A stretch of 64,000 bases of DNA from NCBI GenBank assembly GCA_019358915.1, contig JAHHIM010000036.1, forward strand, positions 288,001 to 352,000. The letters are read 5' to 3'. Position numbers and translations under genes: made by a program. The notes below the pieces were generated by a model. The model worked only from the letters and a program-made list of their open reading frames with translations. It was not told the DNA's origin and did no database searches. The DNA comes from Trichormus sp. ATA11-4-KO1. Its GTDB lineage: Bacteria > Cyanobacteriota > Cyanobacteriia > Cyanobacteriales > Nostocaceae. Numbering within the stretch: position 1 is the stretch's first letter; the number at the start of each line of letters is the position of its first letter. Below, in pieces: positions 9,976 to 19,974 of this stretch.

Positions 9976-10131
9976 ACTATATATTACTAAAGTAGTAAAA
10001 AGTATCGCTCTATAGAGTGTTGTTTGCTTGATAGTTGTATGTTATGTACAAATATCAACATTTACTATGGTTTGCATTAGTTTATTTAGTAGCTCACTGT
10101 TTCATCAGCTTTGTTATTGATGAATGTGAAT

Positions 10132-10818
10132 TCAACACTCAAAATTGTTGTATGTGAGGTAACGTGTAAACCACTCACTCGCCAGTTGCGCCACTGTTTC
10201 CAAAGCGCCTGGTTCTTCAAATAAATGAGTTGCTCTGGGAACAATTTCCAATCGTTTTTGAGTTCGTAACTGTTTGAGTGCATCCTCATTCATCTCTATC
10301 ACTTGTATGTCGTATCCGCCAACAATGAGCAACGTTGGTGCTTTGACGTGAGGTAATGCTGAACCCGCTAAGTCAGGGCGTCCACCGCGAGATACAACAG
10401 CTTTGACAGACTGCGGGCGTTTTGCTGCTGCGACCAAGGCTGCACCGCCTCCTGTACTAGCTCCAAAGTAACCAACTTTGAGGTGAAGGGTATGTGGGTT
10501 CTGTGCTAACCAATCTGTACTATCAACTAACCGTGATGCCAATAACTCAATATCAAAGCGTAAATGTCGTGTCCGTAAATCAATTGCTTCCTCATCAGGA
10601 GTAAGCAAATCAATTAGCAAATTTGCCAATCCTGCATTTTGTAAGACTTTGGCAACATATCGATTTCGAGGACTGTGGCGACTACTACCACTGCCATGAG
10701 CAAATATTACTATAGCTGTAGCATTATCTGGAATCACCAAATTGCCCTCTAGCTTCACATCACCTGCTGTCACTGACACCAGATGTTCGTGGTAGTTTTG
10801 TGTTGATGTCATGTCCAC
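10132..10818 (-). CDS. Dienelactone hydrolase-family alpha/beta hydrolase
   Basis: HGSGSSRHSPRN, GYFGASTGGG nucleophile elbow, VSRGGRPDL, ATHLFEEPG. Confidence 0.9.
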   Translation of the reverse strand: MDMTSTQNYHEHLVSVTAGDVKLEGNLVIPDNATAIVIFAHGSGSSRHSPRNRYVAKVLQNAGLANLLIDLLTPDEEAIDLRTRHLRFDIELLASRLVDSTDWLAQNPHTLHLKVGYFGASTGGGAALVAAAKRPQSVKAVVSRGGRPDLAGSALPHVKAPTLLIVGGYDIQVIEMNEDALKQLRTQKRLEIVPRATHLFEEPGALETVAQLASEWFTRYLTYNNFEC

Positions 10819-11013
10819 TGACTAAACCTCCGTGTACGAGTCTTTAGTTATCAGTAGCTTTTGTTCTATCCAGAGTTCACATATCTCTGCAACGCCTCAG
10901 AGTTTTTTATGTGTTATGTCCCAACTTGATGGTTATTCAGTAGCTTTTCTATTGGTAGCCCTTTCAAGGTGGATAAAAATTATAGTCAAAACATTCGTTT
11001 TTAAAATCTTTAC

Positions 11014-11085
11014 TCTGTGTCCTCTGCGTCTCTGTGGTTAAATAAATTACTTTTTAAACCACAGAGGCACAGAGAACGCGGAGAG
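11014..11085. repeat. Inverted pair of 9-mer-type arrays (CTCTGYG.../...CRCAGAG)
   Basis: ctctgtgtcctctgcgtctctgtggtt ... aaccacagaggcacagagaacgcggagag. Confidence 0.8.
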
Positions 11086-11150
11086 AAAGAAGGAATTTTA
11101 TGAGTCACCTTGAAAGGGCTACTTTTCTATTGGTTACCAATTGAAAATAT

Positions 11151-11266
11151 GGCGTTGCATATTTGCGGGATGATTTTGCTGGTTTTGTGGGATGGGCAGC
11201 GTTCGACTGAGCGCTCAGTCGAACGCTGCCCACCCTACAAGAATCATCCCTTGATTCAGCAACGCC
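11151..11266. mobile_element. 116-bp MITE with GGCGTTGC termini and an 8-bp target-site duplication
   Basis: GGCGTTGC...GCAACGCC ends; GAAAATAT at 11143-11150 and 11267-11274; internal perfect palindrome. Confidence 0.85.
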
Positions 11267-11514
11267 GAAAATATCAGTCGTCGGGAGGATGAGGTGAAAT
11301 CTTTATATCTTTTTATTTAATTATTCTTGCTAGTACCTTCTACATATTATGATAACGCCGAATCATCCAAAAATTGTTGCCAAAAGATGGAAATATAAAT
11401 ACCAATACTACGCCTACTGGAAGGGATGTAGAAAGTATCCTCTACTTAATTCAGGGGTTGGTAGTTCATAAAGATGTAAGCTAACAGAAAAGATATAAAT
11501 CATCTCATGATCTT

Positions 11515-12288
11515 ATGCAGCAGTCTACATCTAGAAACTACTGGGATTTTGTCCGGCAACTTGCTACACTATCCGCGATTATCGGTGCTTTTGTTGTCAA
11601 TATAGTATCGAACATCTTTCCACTCAATGAACTAAGCATAGGAGAAATTGCTAACACATTGTTCAAAAATGTTTTGATTATCCCTGCTAACTATGCCTTT
11701 GCCATTTGGGGATTGATTTACCTAGGGTTATTCGCATTGGCAATTTACCAGTTTCTTCCCAATGAAAAACACGATTTGGACTTACGCAAAACAGGATATT
11801 TCTTAGTAATTGCTTCTATTGCTCAAATTATCTGGGTTTATCTTTTTCTCTCCAGGCTGTTTGTTCTTTCTGTAATTGCAATGCTTTTGATTTTGCTACC
11901 ACTGATAGGAATTTATTTGCAGCTAGGGATTGGTAAAAAGCGTATAACTTGGAGCAAGAAGTGGTTTGTGCATTTTCCTATCAGCATTTATCTAGGCTGG
12001 ATTAGCGTAGCAACTATTGTCAATGTAGCCAGTGCCTTGGATTTCCAGGGGTGGGACGGGTGGGGCATCTCTGCTGAATTATGGGCTGTGATGATGTTGT
12101 TGGCTGCTTTCGCAATTGCAGCAGTTATTGCCATTCAGCGTCAAGACATTGCTTACACAGGAGTCACCGTGTGGGCATTAGTTGCGATCGCACTCAAGAA
12201 CTGGAACAATTTTTTACTCAGGAATGTGTCCTTAATTTTGGCAATTATCCTTGTTCTCATCATGACAATTAAAAGGTTACGAAAATGA
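11515..12288 (+). CDS. TspO/MBR-related tryptophan-rich membrane protein
   Basis: PANYAFAIWGLIY and PISIYLGWISVATIVN motifs; multiple TM helices. Confidence 0.75.
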   Translation: MQQSTSRNYWDFVRQLATLSAIIGAFVVNIVSNIFPLNELSIGEIANTLFKNVLIIPANYAFAIWGLIYLGLFALAIYQFLPNEKHDLDLRKTGYFLVIASIAQIIWVYLFLSRLFVLSVIAMLLILLPLIGIYLQLGIGKKRITWSKKWFVHFPISIYLGWISVATIVNVASALDFQGWDGWGISAELWAVMMLLAAFAIAAVIAIQRQDIAYTGVTVWALVAIALKNWNNFLLRNVSLILAIILVLIMTIKRLRK

Positions 12289-13235
12289 ACACTGATAGCG
12301 ATCACATCTCCCGCGACCATCCTTTGATTCAGACAATACATACTGCTGTCAAAGGAAGAGCTAGATATAAAGTATATGGACTTCAACATTCGCAAACTTG
12401 CAAAAGATACCTGGAATTTAAATTGTCACAAGACAAGAAAATTTCACACGCTTTTGCTAATTCTTTGACAGGAAATGTTCTTGTTAATTTCTCTTCAGAT
12501 TTCAGTTCTCATGATATCGCTTTGCTCCTCCAGATGATTATTTTAGATTACATAAAGGAGGTCAAAAAACTACCTGGAGAAAATGTTTATATCGATACAG
12601 CACCAAAAATAGACCAAGTAGGCAGTGAATTCGTTTTGGTATCAGGTATAGTCTCTACTCTGGTGTTTAGCACCGGAATTATATACAAATATGGTGTGGA
12701 TAAAGTCATATTGCTGACAATTCAAAAACTGCATACACCACTATTTGATTATATTATGTTGGGGATAACTTTGCTTGGTGAACCACTCATTTTCCTGTTG
12801 ATTTGTTTGGGATGGGAACTTAATTGGCTTTATTATAATCGTCAATGGCAAGCAACTAGTTTGGGCCTAGTTACATCTGGTGCAATAAGCTTAAATTATT
12901 TACTGAAATTGCTGTTTGGCAGGGCACGTCCAGTATTATGGAACCGTTTGGTTAATGTGAGTCACCACAGTTTTCCTAGCGGTCATGCCATGGGGGCAAT
13001 GATGATTTATGGTTTCATTGGCTATGTTCTGGCAGAACAATTTCCTCAATGGCAGAAACAAATTTTCGCCTTAACTGTGATCTTAATTGTTGCCATAGGT
13101 TTTAGTCGCCTGTATCTGGGAGTACACTGGCCTACTGATGTACTAGCTGGTTATGCCGTAGGTTTAGGATGTTTAATTGCTTGTATTTTCATTTGGGAGT
13201 TGGAGCAAAAGTATCGTTTTTCCGGGAGATATTAG
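12285..13235 (+). CDS. PAP2-family membrane phosphatase with N-terminal HMA-like domain
   Basis: KxxxxxxRP, SFPSGH and SRLYLGVHWPTDV motifs; N-terminal HTAVKGRARY..ANSLTGNVLV. Confidence 0.9.
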   Translation: MNTDSDHISRDHPLIQTIHTAVKGRARYKVYGLQHSQTCKRYLEFKLSQDKKISHAFANSLTGNVLVNFSSDFSSHDIALLLQMIILDYIKEVKKLPGENVYIDTAPKIDQVGSEFVLVSGIVSTLVFSTGIIYKYGVDKVILLTIQKLHTPLFDYIMLGITLLGEPLIFLLICLGWELNWLYYNRQWQATSLGLVTSGAISLNYLLKLLFGRARPVLWNRLVNVSHHSFPSGHAMGAMMIYGFIGYVLAEQFPQWQKQIFALTVILIVAIGFSRLYLGVHWPTDVLAGYAVGLGCLIACIFIWELEQKYRFSGRY

Positions 13236-13332
13236 GAAGCATCTTCAAAGCAACTTAATCTGTGATGAAAAGTTAATGATATTTATGAAGTCTTAAGAGT
13301 TATCATCGTTACCAAGGGTTAAGTTCAAAAGC

Positions 13333-13896
13333 TTGCAAAAAGTGAACTATTCCAAAGTTTACACTTCAAAGCAAGGCTGTCCTATTAATTTGGTTGGCAA
13401 AACGGGACAAGCGGTGCAAATTTCCATTCATTTACCCAGTCAATATATCTGTGCCAATCGCGAACGGATATTACCAGATTGGAAACAACGACCTGGTTTA
13501 TGGGTTGTGATTGTCTTACAGCAATCACGATTTCAACTAGTAAAAAGTACAGTAGAGATAGAGATAGAGAAAGAACATTTGCGGGAAAAGTTTATGAGAT
13601 TTGGCTGTGACTTGGCATTTAAGTTGCGCGATCGCGGTTATCTTACAGACCTCATCGACCCCCGTACTGGCTATCCCCTACTATCTCATCCAGGAGCAAT
13701 TCCTCACAACGATACAGCAGTGGTGAAAGCTTTGCTCAACTATCCCGTAATTAAAAATGAATGTTGTGTCCTAGTGCATCCAATTTGGGGTGCGGCAGTT
13801 TATCCCAGTGTCATAATATCAGAAGCCCCACCAATTATTATGGAATATTTCGTCAAAGAGATTGCTCCTGTGCATGGATGGAATCAACAGTCTTAA
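13333..13896 (+). CDS. MMADHC/CblD-like family protein
   Basis: EKEHLREKF..G, GYLTDLIDPRTGYP and CCVLVHPIWG resemble the CblD C-terminal domain; start uncertain (TTG 13333 or GTG 13342). Confidence 0.7.
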   Translation: MQKVNYSKVYTSKQGCPINLVGKTGQAVQISIHLPSQYICANRERILPDWKQRPGLWVVIVLQQSRFQLVKSTVEIEIEKEHLREKFMRFGCDLAFKLRDRGYLTDLIDPRTGYPLLSHPGAIPHNDTAVVKALLNYPVIKNECCVLVHPIWGAAVYPSVIISEAPPIIMEYFVKEIAPVHGWNQQS

Positions 13897-13936
13897 AAAT
13901 GGGGAGTAGGGGGGTTTGTAGTCAACAGTAGAAACT

Positions 13937-14925
13937 ATGATATTGCAACCCTCCAATCATGCAGCTTGCTACTTCCCCCTGATGAGTGGACGCTATGAAG
14001 TTAAGCCGGGGATGATGCCTTTTGGTTGCTGTTTGGGTAATGGTCAGGCTGACCAGCAGGTGTTTCAAATCGATGATAATTTTACTGATTACCGCCAGAG
14101 TAAACTTTTAGCTCGTGCAGAACGGTTGAGCAAATACTACCAGACCTCTAATTATTCTCAGGCTGTAGCAGGTGCGATCGCTCGTTTAATAATTACTCGC
14201 CTCACCCAAGAACACCCACAGTATTTTGATTGCCAAAAAATAGCCAATACCCTCATCTTCCATAACCAACTTACCCAAGAAACCCTCTGCTTAAATACAG
14301 ATTGGCAGTTACAGCAGGTACAAGGTAGTCAAGTTGTTCCCGCTTACGCCTCTATCCTTGATGCTTTAGCCGCGCAGGTAAGGAAGATTTCACCGTTGTC
14401 TGTCGTGCTGAAGATGGTAGCAATTGGCTGAGTGCAGTACATCTTTGCTATCCCAATCATTGGTCAGCCGAGGAAAAAATTGGCAAAAACTTTGCTGCTA
14501 TCCATGCACCCGTAGCCGGTATGGAAAAAATCAATCGCCGAGCGGATGCGATCGTCAATACAATGATTACTCAGAAACCAATGGTACGGTTCGCCTGGGG
14601 TTTAAGTACAGACACTCGCCTCAACCATCATCCCGAACCACCGCCTGATGTGTCAGTCAATGATTGGCAAGGTAGAAGCTTTGACCAGCAGCAACCGCAA
14701 CTTTACTTACGAATTGAACGACAGGTGATTTGGGGATTACCAGAATATGAAGCGGCGTTGTTTACTATTCGTACCTACTTTAGAGATTGCAGTGTGGTTA
14801 AACAAGACCCAGTATTACGGTCTAAACTTTACGCTGCAATTGAGTCTATGACGTTAGCATCGCTGGTGTATAAAAGATTGACAGAGAGTAAAGATAGTAT
14901 TTTGCAATGGCTAGATGAGATTTGA
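13937..14925 (+). pseudogene. DUF3445 (heme-dependent oxidative N-demethylase alpha-like) gene with a 1-bp frameshift
   Basis: ORFs 13937..14431 and 14521..14925 join as AQV(Q)EDF..VHLCYPNHWSAEEKIG..IHAPVAG if one base is restored at 14380/14381; LRIERQ and LFTIRTY motifs. Confidence 0.8.
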
Positions 14926-14972
14926 TTATTAAACTTCTGTTGAAAATGCTCCCTTAATTTTTGGCTAGATTG

Positions 14973-15929
14973 TCAACTAATCTCCAAATTTTTGGCTTCA
15001 TCCTTGACTTTCTCAATTTTACTGTAACCTGTTTCTTTAACAAATTTCTTTGCCGCCTCAATCAGATACTCATAATAGGTACGAGCGACGATAGATAACT
15101 GTTTCCCAGAGGGATGCACCATATACCAAGTTCGTTGAATGGGAAAGTGTTCTACATCCAAAATGCTGAATTCTGTAGAGTCTGGCATCAAAGTATGACG
15201 AGATAAAACAGAAATTCCTAAACCCCCCGCGATCGCTTGTTTAATTGCTTCATTACTCCCTAATTCCAGTTTAACTTTTACTTTCACCCCATGTTCTTCA
15301 AACAGCTGTTGTACAGCCTGGCGAGTTCCTGAACCCGGTTCTCGCATAATAAAAGGTTCATTTGTTAAACGTTGGATGGAGATATTTTTCTCTTTGGCTA
15401 AGGGATGATTAACGGGAGCAAACACTACTAAGGGATTATCTAAAAATGGCTGATAGCTGACATCTAGATGATCTGGGACTTGACTCATAATGTACAAGTC
15501 ATCCATATTATTGCTCATCCGTTCCAAGATGCGTTCGTGGTTCGTTACTTGCAGCGAAATCTCAATTCCTGGATAAAGTTGACAAAATGGGCCTAATAAA
15601 CGGGGGATAAAATACTTTGCCGTTGTAATCACTGCTAAGCGCAATTGGCCTTGTTTGAGACCTTTTAAATTAGCCACAGTCATTTCAAACTGGGCTATGG
15701 TTTCAAAAATTTGCCGACAAGTAGCAAATAATTCTCGTCCTGCTTCTGTTAAGAATAAACGTTTTCCTACCTGCTCAAATAGTGGCAACCCTACCGATTT
15801 TGTGAGTTGTTTAATTTGCATGGATACGGTGGGTTGGGTAAGAAATAATTCTTCCGCCGCACGAGTAAAGCTACTGTGCCGTGCTGCTGCCTCAAACACT
15901 TTCAACTGGTGTAGCGTCGCCTGATTCAA
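14973..15929 (-). CDS. cmpR: CbbR-type LysR regulator of carbon assimilation (CmpR-like)
   Basis: TLHQLKVF..SFTRAAEELFLTQPTVSMQIKQL, REPGSGTR; position next to the ccm operon as recalled for Anabaena cmpR. Confidence 0.75.
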   Translation of the reverse strand: MNQATLHQLKVFEAAARHSSFTRAAEELFLTQPTVSMQIKQLTKSVGLPLFEQVGKRLFLTEAGRELFATCRQIFETIAQFEMTVANLKGLKQGQLRLAVITTAKYFIPRLLGPFCQLYPGIEISLQVTNHERILERMSNNMDDLYIMSQVPDHLDVSYQPFLDNPLVVFAPVNHPLAKEKNISIQRLTNEPFIMREPGSGTRQAVQQLFEEHGVKVKVKLELGSNEAIKQAIAGGLGISVLSRHTLMPDSTEFSILDVEHFPIQRTWYMVHPSGKQLSIVARTYYEYLIEAAKKFVKETGYSKIEKVKDEAKNLEIS

Positions 15930-16030
15930 GGGTAATTCTCCTCTAATAGCGATGAGATAGATATAAATCTAGTATCACTGAACACTTGCAGTTGATGTGG
16001 AATTGCTCATACGAAGTTTTGAATTAAAAC

Positions 16031-16046
16031 ATAGATAAAAATCTAT
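16031..16046. promoter_or_regulatory. ATAG-N8-CTAT palindrome upstream of the LysR gene; candidate autoregulatory site
   Basis: ATAGATAAAAATCTAT matches the motif recalled for cyanobacterial NdhR/CcmR-type regulators. Confidence 0.55.
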
Positions 16047-16159
16047 TATCCCTATTAGAAACAAATGGTTTTACTTATGATAATGAGAAGTTATCATTAA
16101 AACAACAAGCCAAGCATAAAATGCCTTTCAGTTAACAATTAGTATTAAAGACTGAAAGT

Positions 16160-16948
16160 TTATTCTTCCTCCTCCCATATTTCTTCTGTAATTTTTAGAG
16201 GGATATTAGCTAAATCTGGCAATTGTAGTACCTCTATTTCGGCAACCTGTTCTTTGATATTTACAGGCAAATTTAAAGGTTGGCGTTGTTCAATCCAGCA
16301 ACTTGCTAAAGGCAAGGTTTGCTCCATTTCATCTAGTGGTCGAGGAATCACCATGACGGCGTTCAATTCCCCAATACGTTCTGCCTCAAACATACCAGCT
16401 TCCACCGCCACGGCAACGTTAGCCACGGTGCCGCGAATAATAGCTGTACATAAACCTGCACCAATTTTCTCATATGCTGCTAAATGAACATCAGCAGCTT
16501 TGAGCATGGCATCACAAGCTCCTACCATCGCCGGAAATCCCCTGGTTTCCACCAAGCCAATGGCTAAGTTGCTCAGGCGGCTAGAATTACCTTCCTCCAT
16601 CAATTTGCTGAGGCGGCTGGTGATAGGCAGCACTATGTCAAGATTAGGATAAGGACGGGGTATCACCAAGCTAGAAACCAACTGACCAAACTGTTCAGCC
16701 GTTTGGGCACCAGCTTCTACAGCCAGACGCACATCAGCAATCCCACCTCTAATAATTGCCGTACATTGACCACTGCCAATTTTTTCGTAACCAACTAGGT
16801 GAACACCAGCTGATTTCAACATCATATCTGCTGTCCCCACGATCGCGGGAAAGCTGCTGGTGGATACTAAACCCAAGGCGGTATCCTTGAGGCTGTCTCG
16901 CCGGGATGCCTGAATTGTGCTAATAGAGCGTTGATTATATGTTTCCAT
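16160..16948 (-). CDS. ccmO: Carboxysome shell protein CcmO (tandem BMC domains)
   Basis: Two BMC repeats (FPAIVGTADMMLK, FPAMVGACDAMLK); follows ccmN; ATG 16948. Confidence 0.92.
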   Translation of the reverse strand: METYNQRSISTIQASRRDSLKDTALGLVSTSSFPAIVGTADMMLKSAGVHLVGYEKIGSGQCTAIIRGGIADVRLAVEAGAQTAEQFGQLVSSLVIPRPYPNLDIVLPITSRLSKLMEEGNSSRLSNLAIGLVETRGFPAMVGACDAMLKAADVHLAAYEKIGAGLCTAIIRGTVANVAVAVEAGMFEAERIGELNAVMVIPRPLDEMEQTLPLASCWIEQRQPLNLPVNIKEQVAEIEVLQLPDLANIPLKITEEIWEEEE

Positions 16949-16994
16949 GTGAATTCTCCAGGATCTCACGAAACTAACAACTTACAATTAACAC

Positions 16995-17735
16995 TTACTC
17001 AGACTGATCGTCAGAAATAGGTTCGCCCAAGGGTTGCCGATGTGGAAACAAAGTGACTAACAACCTATTGACACTTCCTTGCCCATAGATTTGATTTCCG
17101 AAACCGTGGGGAGATTCAGTGGTAGGCTGACTAGGTTCTGATTCTTGGGGGGTGGAACTAACAGAATTGGTGTTTTCTTCTACTGGTGCAGGCTGGGTTT
17201 GTGATGTAGGTGGAGGGTGAGAAGAGGATTTAGACTGGTGTTTGAATTGCCAGAAAGCTGATGCTGAGATTGTAGTTGAGGACATTACCTTCTCTTCATC
17301 TACCTTTATGTTATTTTCCTCTTCTTTGCTAGTGGCAGCAGCATGATTTATGGATGGTTCCAGTTGTTTTGTTTCCTCAAGGCGCCGACTTGTGTCTCCC
17401 AAAACTGAGCCTGGTGGAATTACCTCTCCAGCAGCAACAGAACAGTTAAAAACTGTCGTTGCTGCACCAACACAAGCATTTGCACCAATTTTGCCGTGGC
17501 CAACCATCAAAAAACCGGCTCCTAAGTTGGCTCCTGCTTCTACCTCTAGGGTGCCTTCGCTAACTTGGAGAATTGACCCCATACCAATACAAACCCCAGG
17601 GCCGATGATGATCTTGCTGTTTACAGCCGCTTGGAGTATCACTCCAGGTGCAAGTACTGCACTAGGATGAATGGTCACCTCGCCACTAATGTAAGAATCA
17701 AAATTATTGCTGAGGCGCAGTGGCGGCACAGACAT
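16995..17735 (-). CDS. ccmN: Carboxysome assembly protein CcmN
   Basis: Hexapeptide repeats, low-complexity linker, C-terminal IYGQGSVNRLLVTLFPH targeting peptide; ATG 17735. Confidence 0.92.
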   Translation of the reverse strand: MSVPPLRLSNNFDSYISGEVTIHPSAVLAPGVILQAAVNSKIIIGPGVCIGMGSILQVSEGTLEVEAGANLGAGFLMVGHGKIGANACVGAATTVFNCSVAAGEVIPPGSVLGDTSRRLEETKQLEPSINHAAATSKEEENNIKVDEEKVMSSTTISASAFWQFKHQSKSSSHPPPTSQTQPAPVEENTNSVSSTPQESEPSQPTTESPHGFGNQIYGQGSVNRLLVTLFPHRQPLGEPISDDQSE

Positions 17736-17770
17736 GGAAATTTTAACCTCGGAAGCCGGAAATAGAGTAA

Positions 17771-17904
17771 TGCTGAGTGCCTTCTTGCCCTGAGCGAAGT
17801 CGAAGGGCAGGGTGGAGCCAGTGCGTTGGGTGGCTTTGCCGACTTGTAGCATCTGGCGTTGCTGAGTAAAAAATACTAGTCCCCAGTCCCCAGTCCCCAC
17901 TCCC
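17771..17904. repeat. Composite repeat patch: TGCTGAG and CCCCAGT heptamers, a 24-nt dispersed repeat (17784-17807) and a 47-nt structured element (17814-17860)
   Basis: CTTGCCCTGAGCGAAGTCGAAGGG also occurs at 30444-30467; ccccagt x2-3. Confidence 0.8.
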
Positions 17905-17907
17905 TGA

Positions 17908-19572
17908 TTAAGGACGTTGGATAATTGTTTCTAACACCCGACGTTTGGCTTTGGTATCAATACCAATTAAGCGCACATATTCTCCTGCATATTCAGCGAG
18001 ATATCCTTCCAATGCGGCGATCGCTTCTCTTTCAGAGTTGGTGTCAATTTGACCACAGCTAGCCCAAGAACCAGTGCGGAAACGTCTTTGGTCTACGTGT
18101 TCGGCACTGATTTTGTACCCACCAGCTAATAGTTGCCGGATTTGGTCTACGGTTTCCGAACTCAAGCTTGTACTGGTAGCTGTTGCAGTTCTAGATGACG
18201 CGCTACTGGTAAAGGATTTCTTCGTTCCAGATGACGTAACTTGACCGTTGGGTCGTTGGATAATACTTTCCAAGACTCGCCGTTTAGCTTTGGCATCGAT
18301 ACCAATTAAACGGACATACTCACCTTGATGATTTGTGATGCAGTCTTCCAAGGCGGCAATTACTTCATTCGGAGAACTAGAGTTAATCGGCTCACAACTT
18401 TGCCAGGAACCAGTGCGGAAACGCCGCTCATCTACGTGTTCTGTACCAATTTTGTAACCACTTGCCAATAACTGGCGAATTTGGTCTACTGTTTCGGCAG
18501 TTAATGAACCACTAGAAACATGACCGTTGCCGTTGCTGTTGCCATTGCCATTACTGCTGTAGCTACGACTACCATTATTAGCAGGAGCTTTAAAGCTGCC
18601 AGATGTATTGACTACACCATCTGGGCGTTGAATAATAGTTTCTAATACGCGCCGTCTACCACTGTCAATGCCAAACAGCCGGACATACTCTCCACTGTGG
18701 TCTCTCAGACAGCTTTCCAAAGCAGCGATCGCTTCACCCATCGATTTAGTTTCAATTGGCTGGCAACTCGTCCATGAACCTGTACGGAACCGTCTTTGAT
18801 CTACGTGTTCTGTGCCAATTTTATATCCTTGCTCTAACAGATAGCGCACCTGCTCTCTGGTCTCTGCACCCAAGCTATTGCTCGACACTTCACTACTCCT
18901 TTCCAACTCTAAAACAGTAATACTATTACTACTTGTATAAGATTTAGCAATCTCATCCCGAATGGGTGCAATACATTTGCTGTCCGCAGCACACCGATAA
19001 CCAGCTCGCAGTGCCTGGTTAATCCCTACCACATGATGAGCAAATTGCTGATCTTGAGCTTGTACATCTGGCAAGCGGTCAGCTTGCTGCTGGCTAGTAA
19101 TTATTGCTCCCGAAGGCACATACTTACCTGGGGGGATTTCTACATCTTGAATTAAAGCGTGCATCATGACGATGCAACCTGCACCCACTCTGGCATTAAA
19201 TACCGTTGAGCGAAAACCAATGAAGGAATCATCCCCTACATAAGCCGGACCGTGAATCAGCGCCATATGGGTAATCGAAGCATTTTTGCCAATCCATACC
19301 GAGTATTGATTTTGGTCATCGCCAATTACTCGACCTTGCTCTAATCCATGAATTACTACACCATCTTGAATATTGGTATTTTCGCCAATATAAAAAGGTG
19401 TGCCTTCATCCGCTCTAATCGAGGTCCCCGGAGCAACGATTACATTTGCACCTATCCGCACATCGCCAATAATATTGGCAACCGGATGTACAAATGTGCT
19501 TTCATGGATTTTTGGCTCGGCTAAATTCCTCGACCACGGGGTTGGGGGTGCCGCCGTGCTGCGGACTACCAT
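17908..19572 (-). CDS. ccmM: Carboxysome protein CcmM (gamma-CA domain plus three RbcS-like repeats)
   Basis: [18 protein letters not shown], three [12 protein letters not shown] repeats. Confidence 0.97.
   Translation of the reverse strand: MVVRSTAAPPTPWSRNLAEPKIHESTFVHPVANIIGDVRIGANVIVAPGTSIRADEGTPFYIGENTNIQDGVVIHGLEQGRVIGDDQNQYSVWIGKNASITHMALIHGPAYVGDDSFIGFRSTVFNARVGAGCIVMMHALIQDVEIPPGKYVPSGAIITSQQQADRLPDVQAQDQQFAHHVVGINQALRAGYRCAADSKCIAPIRDEIAKSYTSSNSITVLELERSSEVSSNSLGAETREQVRYLLEQGYKIGTEHVDQRRFRTGSWTSCQPIETKSMGEAIAALESCLRDHSGEYVRLFGIDSGRRRVLETIIQRPDGVVNTSGSFKAPANNGSRSYSSNGNGNSNGNGHVSSGSLTAETVDQIRQLLASGYKIGTEHVDERRFRTGSWQSCEPINSSSPNEVIAALEDCITNHQGEYVRLIGIDAKAKRRVLESIIQRPNGQVTSSGTKKSFTSSASSRTATATSTSLSSETVDQIRQLLAGGYKISAEHVDQRRFRTGSWASCGQIDTNSEREAIAALEGYLAEYAGEYVRLIGIDTKAKRRVLETIIQRP
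18886..18900 (-). promoter_or_regulatory. Internal ribosome-binding site and in-frame GTG for the short CcmM isoform
   Basis: Minus strand AGGAG-tagtgaa-GTG(18888), in frame and just before the first RbcS-like repeat; the long/short CcmM isoforms are established. Confidence 0.7.
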
Positions 19573-19665
19573 TGCGAGATTCCTCCTGAATTAAGCTTTT
19601 TGTCATTTATCCTTGATCATTTGCCTGTTGTCATTTTGCTCAAACTAATGACCAATGACTAATGA

Positions 19666-19968
19666 CTATCGATATTGGTCTTTTTTGCTGTACATGAGGC
19701 GATCTTCCAAATGAATGGTGTCAATTATCGCCACTACTGCTGCATCTAAAGGACGCTGTTCATTGCCCAGTATTTGGCGAGCGGCACTACCACGACTGAC
19801 AAGTACCCACTCATCTACTCCTGCACCCACAGTATCTGCTGCTACCTCGTAGTTTTGCAGGAGGTTGCCTTCTTCATCTACTAATTGCAACAACAGTAGT
19901 TTGACACCTCGAAGACTTGGATCTTTTTGCGTGCCCACTACTGTGCCACGAACTTTGGCAATTTGCAT
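19666..19968 (-). CDS. ccmL: Carboxysome vertex protein CcmL
   Basis: MQIAKVRGTVV, VAADTVGAG..EWVLVSRGSAAR. Confidence 0.97.
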   Translation of the reverse strand: MQIAKVRGTVVGTQKDPSLRGVKLLLLQLVDEEGNLLQNYEVAADTVGAGVDEWVLVSRGSAARQILGNEQRPLDAAVVAIIDTIHLEDRLMYSKKDQYR

Positions 19969-19974
19969 TACAGA

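Noticed and set aside
11110..11292. 60-aa ORF
   Set aside because: Lies across the MITE and is repeat-derived; the same applies to ORFs 26112..26312, 40093..40410 and 46205..46393
17736..17900. N-terminal extension of CcmN in the ORF track (MGTGDWG...)
   Set aside because: It is a translation of STRR and dispersed repeats; the recognisable CcmN starts at ATG 17735
17908..18890. Three internal DNA repeats in ccmM
   Set aside because: These are the known RbcS-like domains of CcmM
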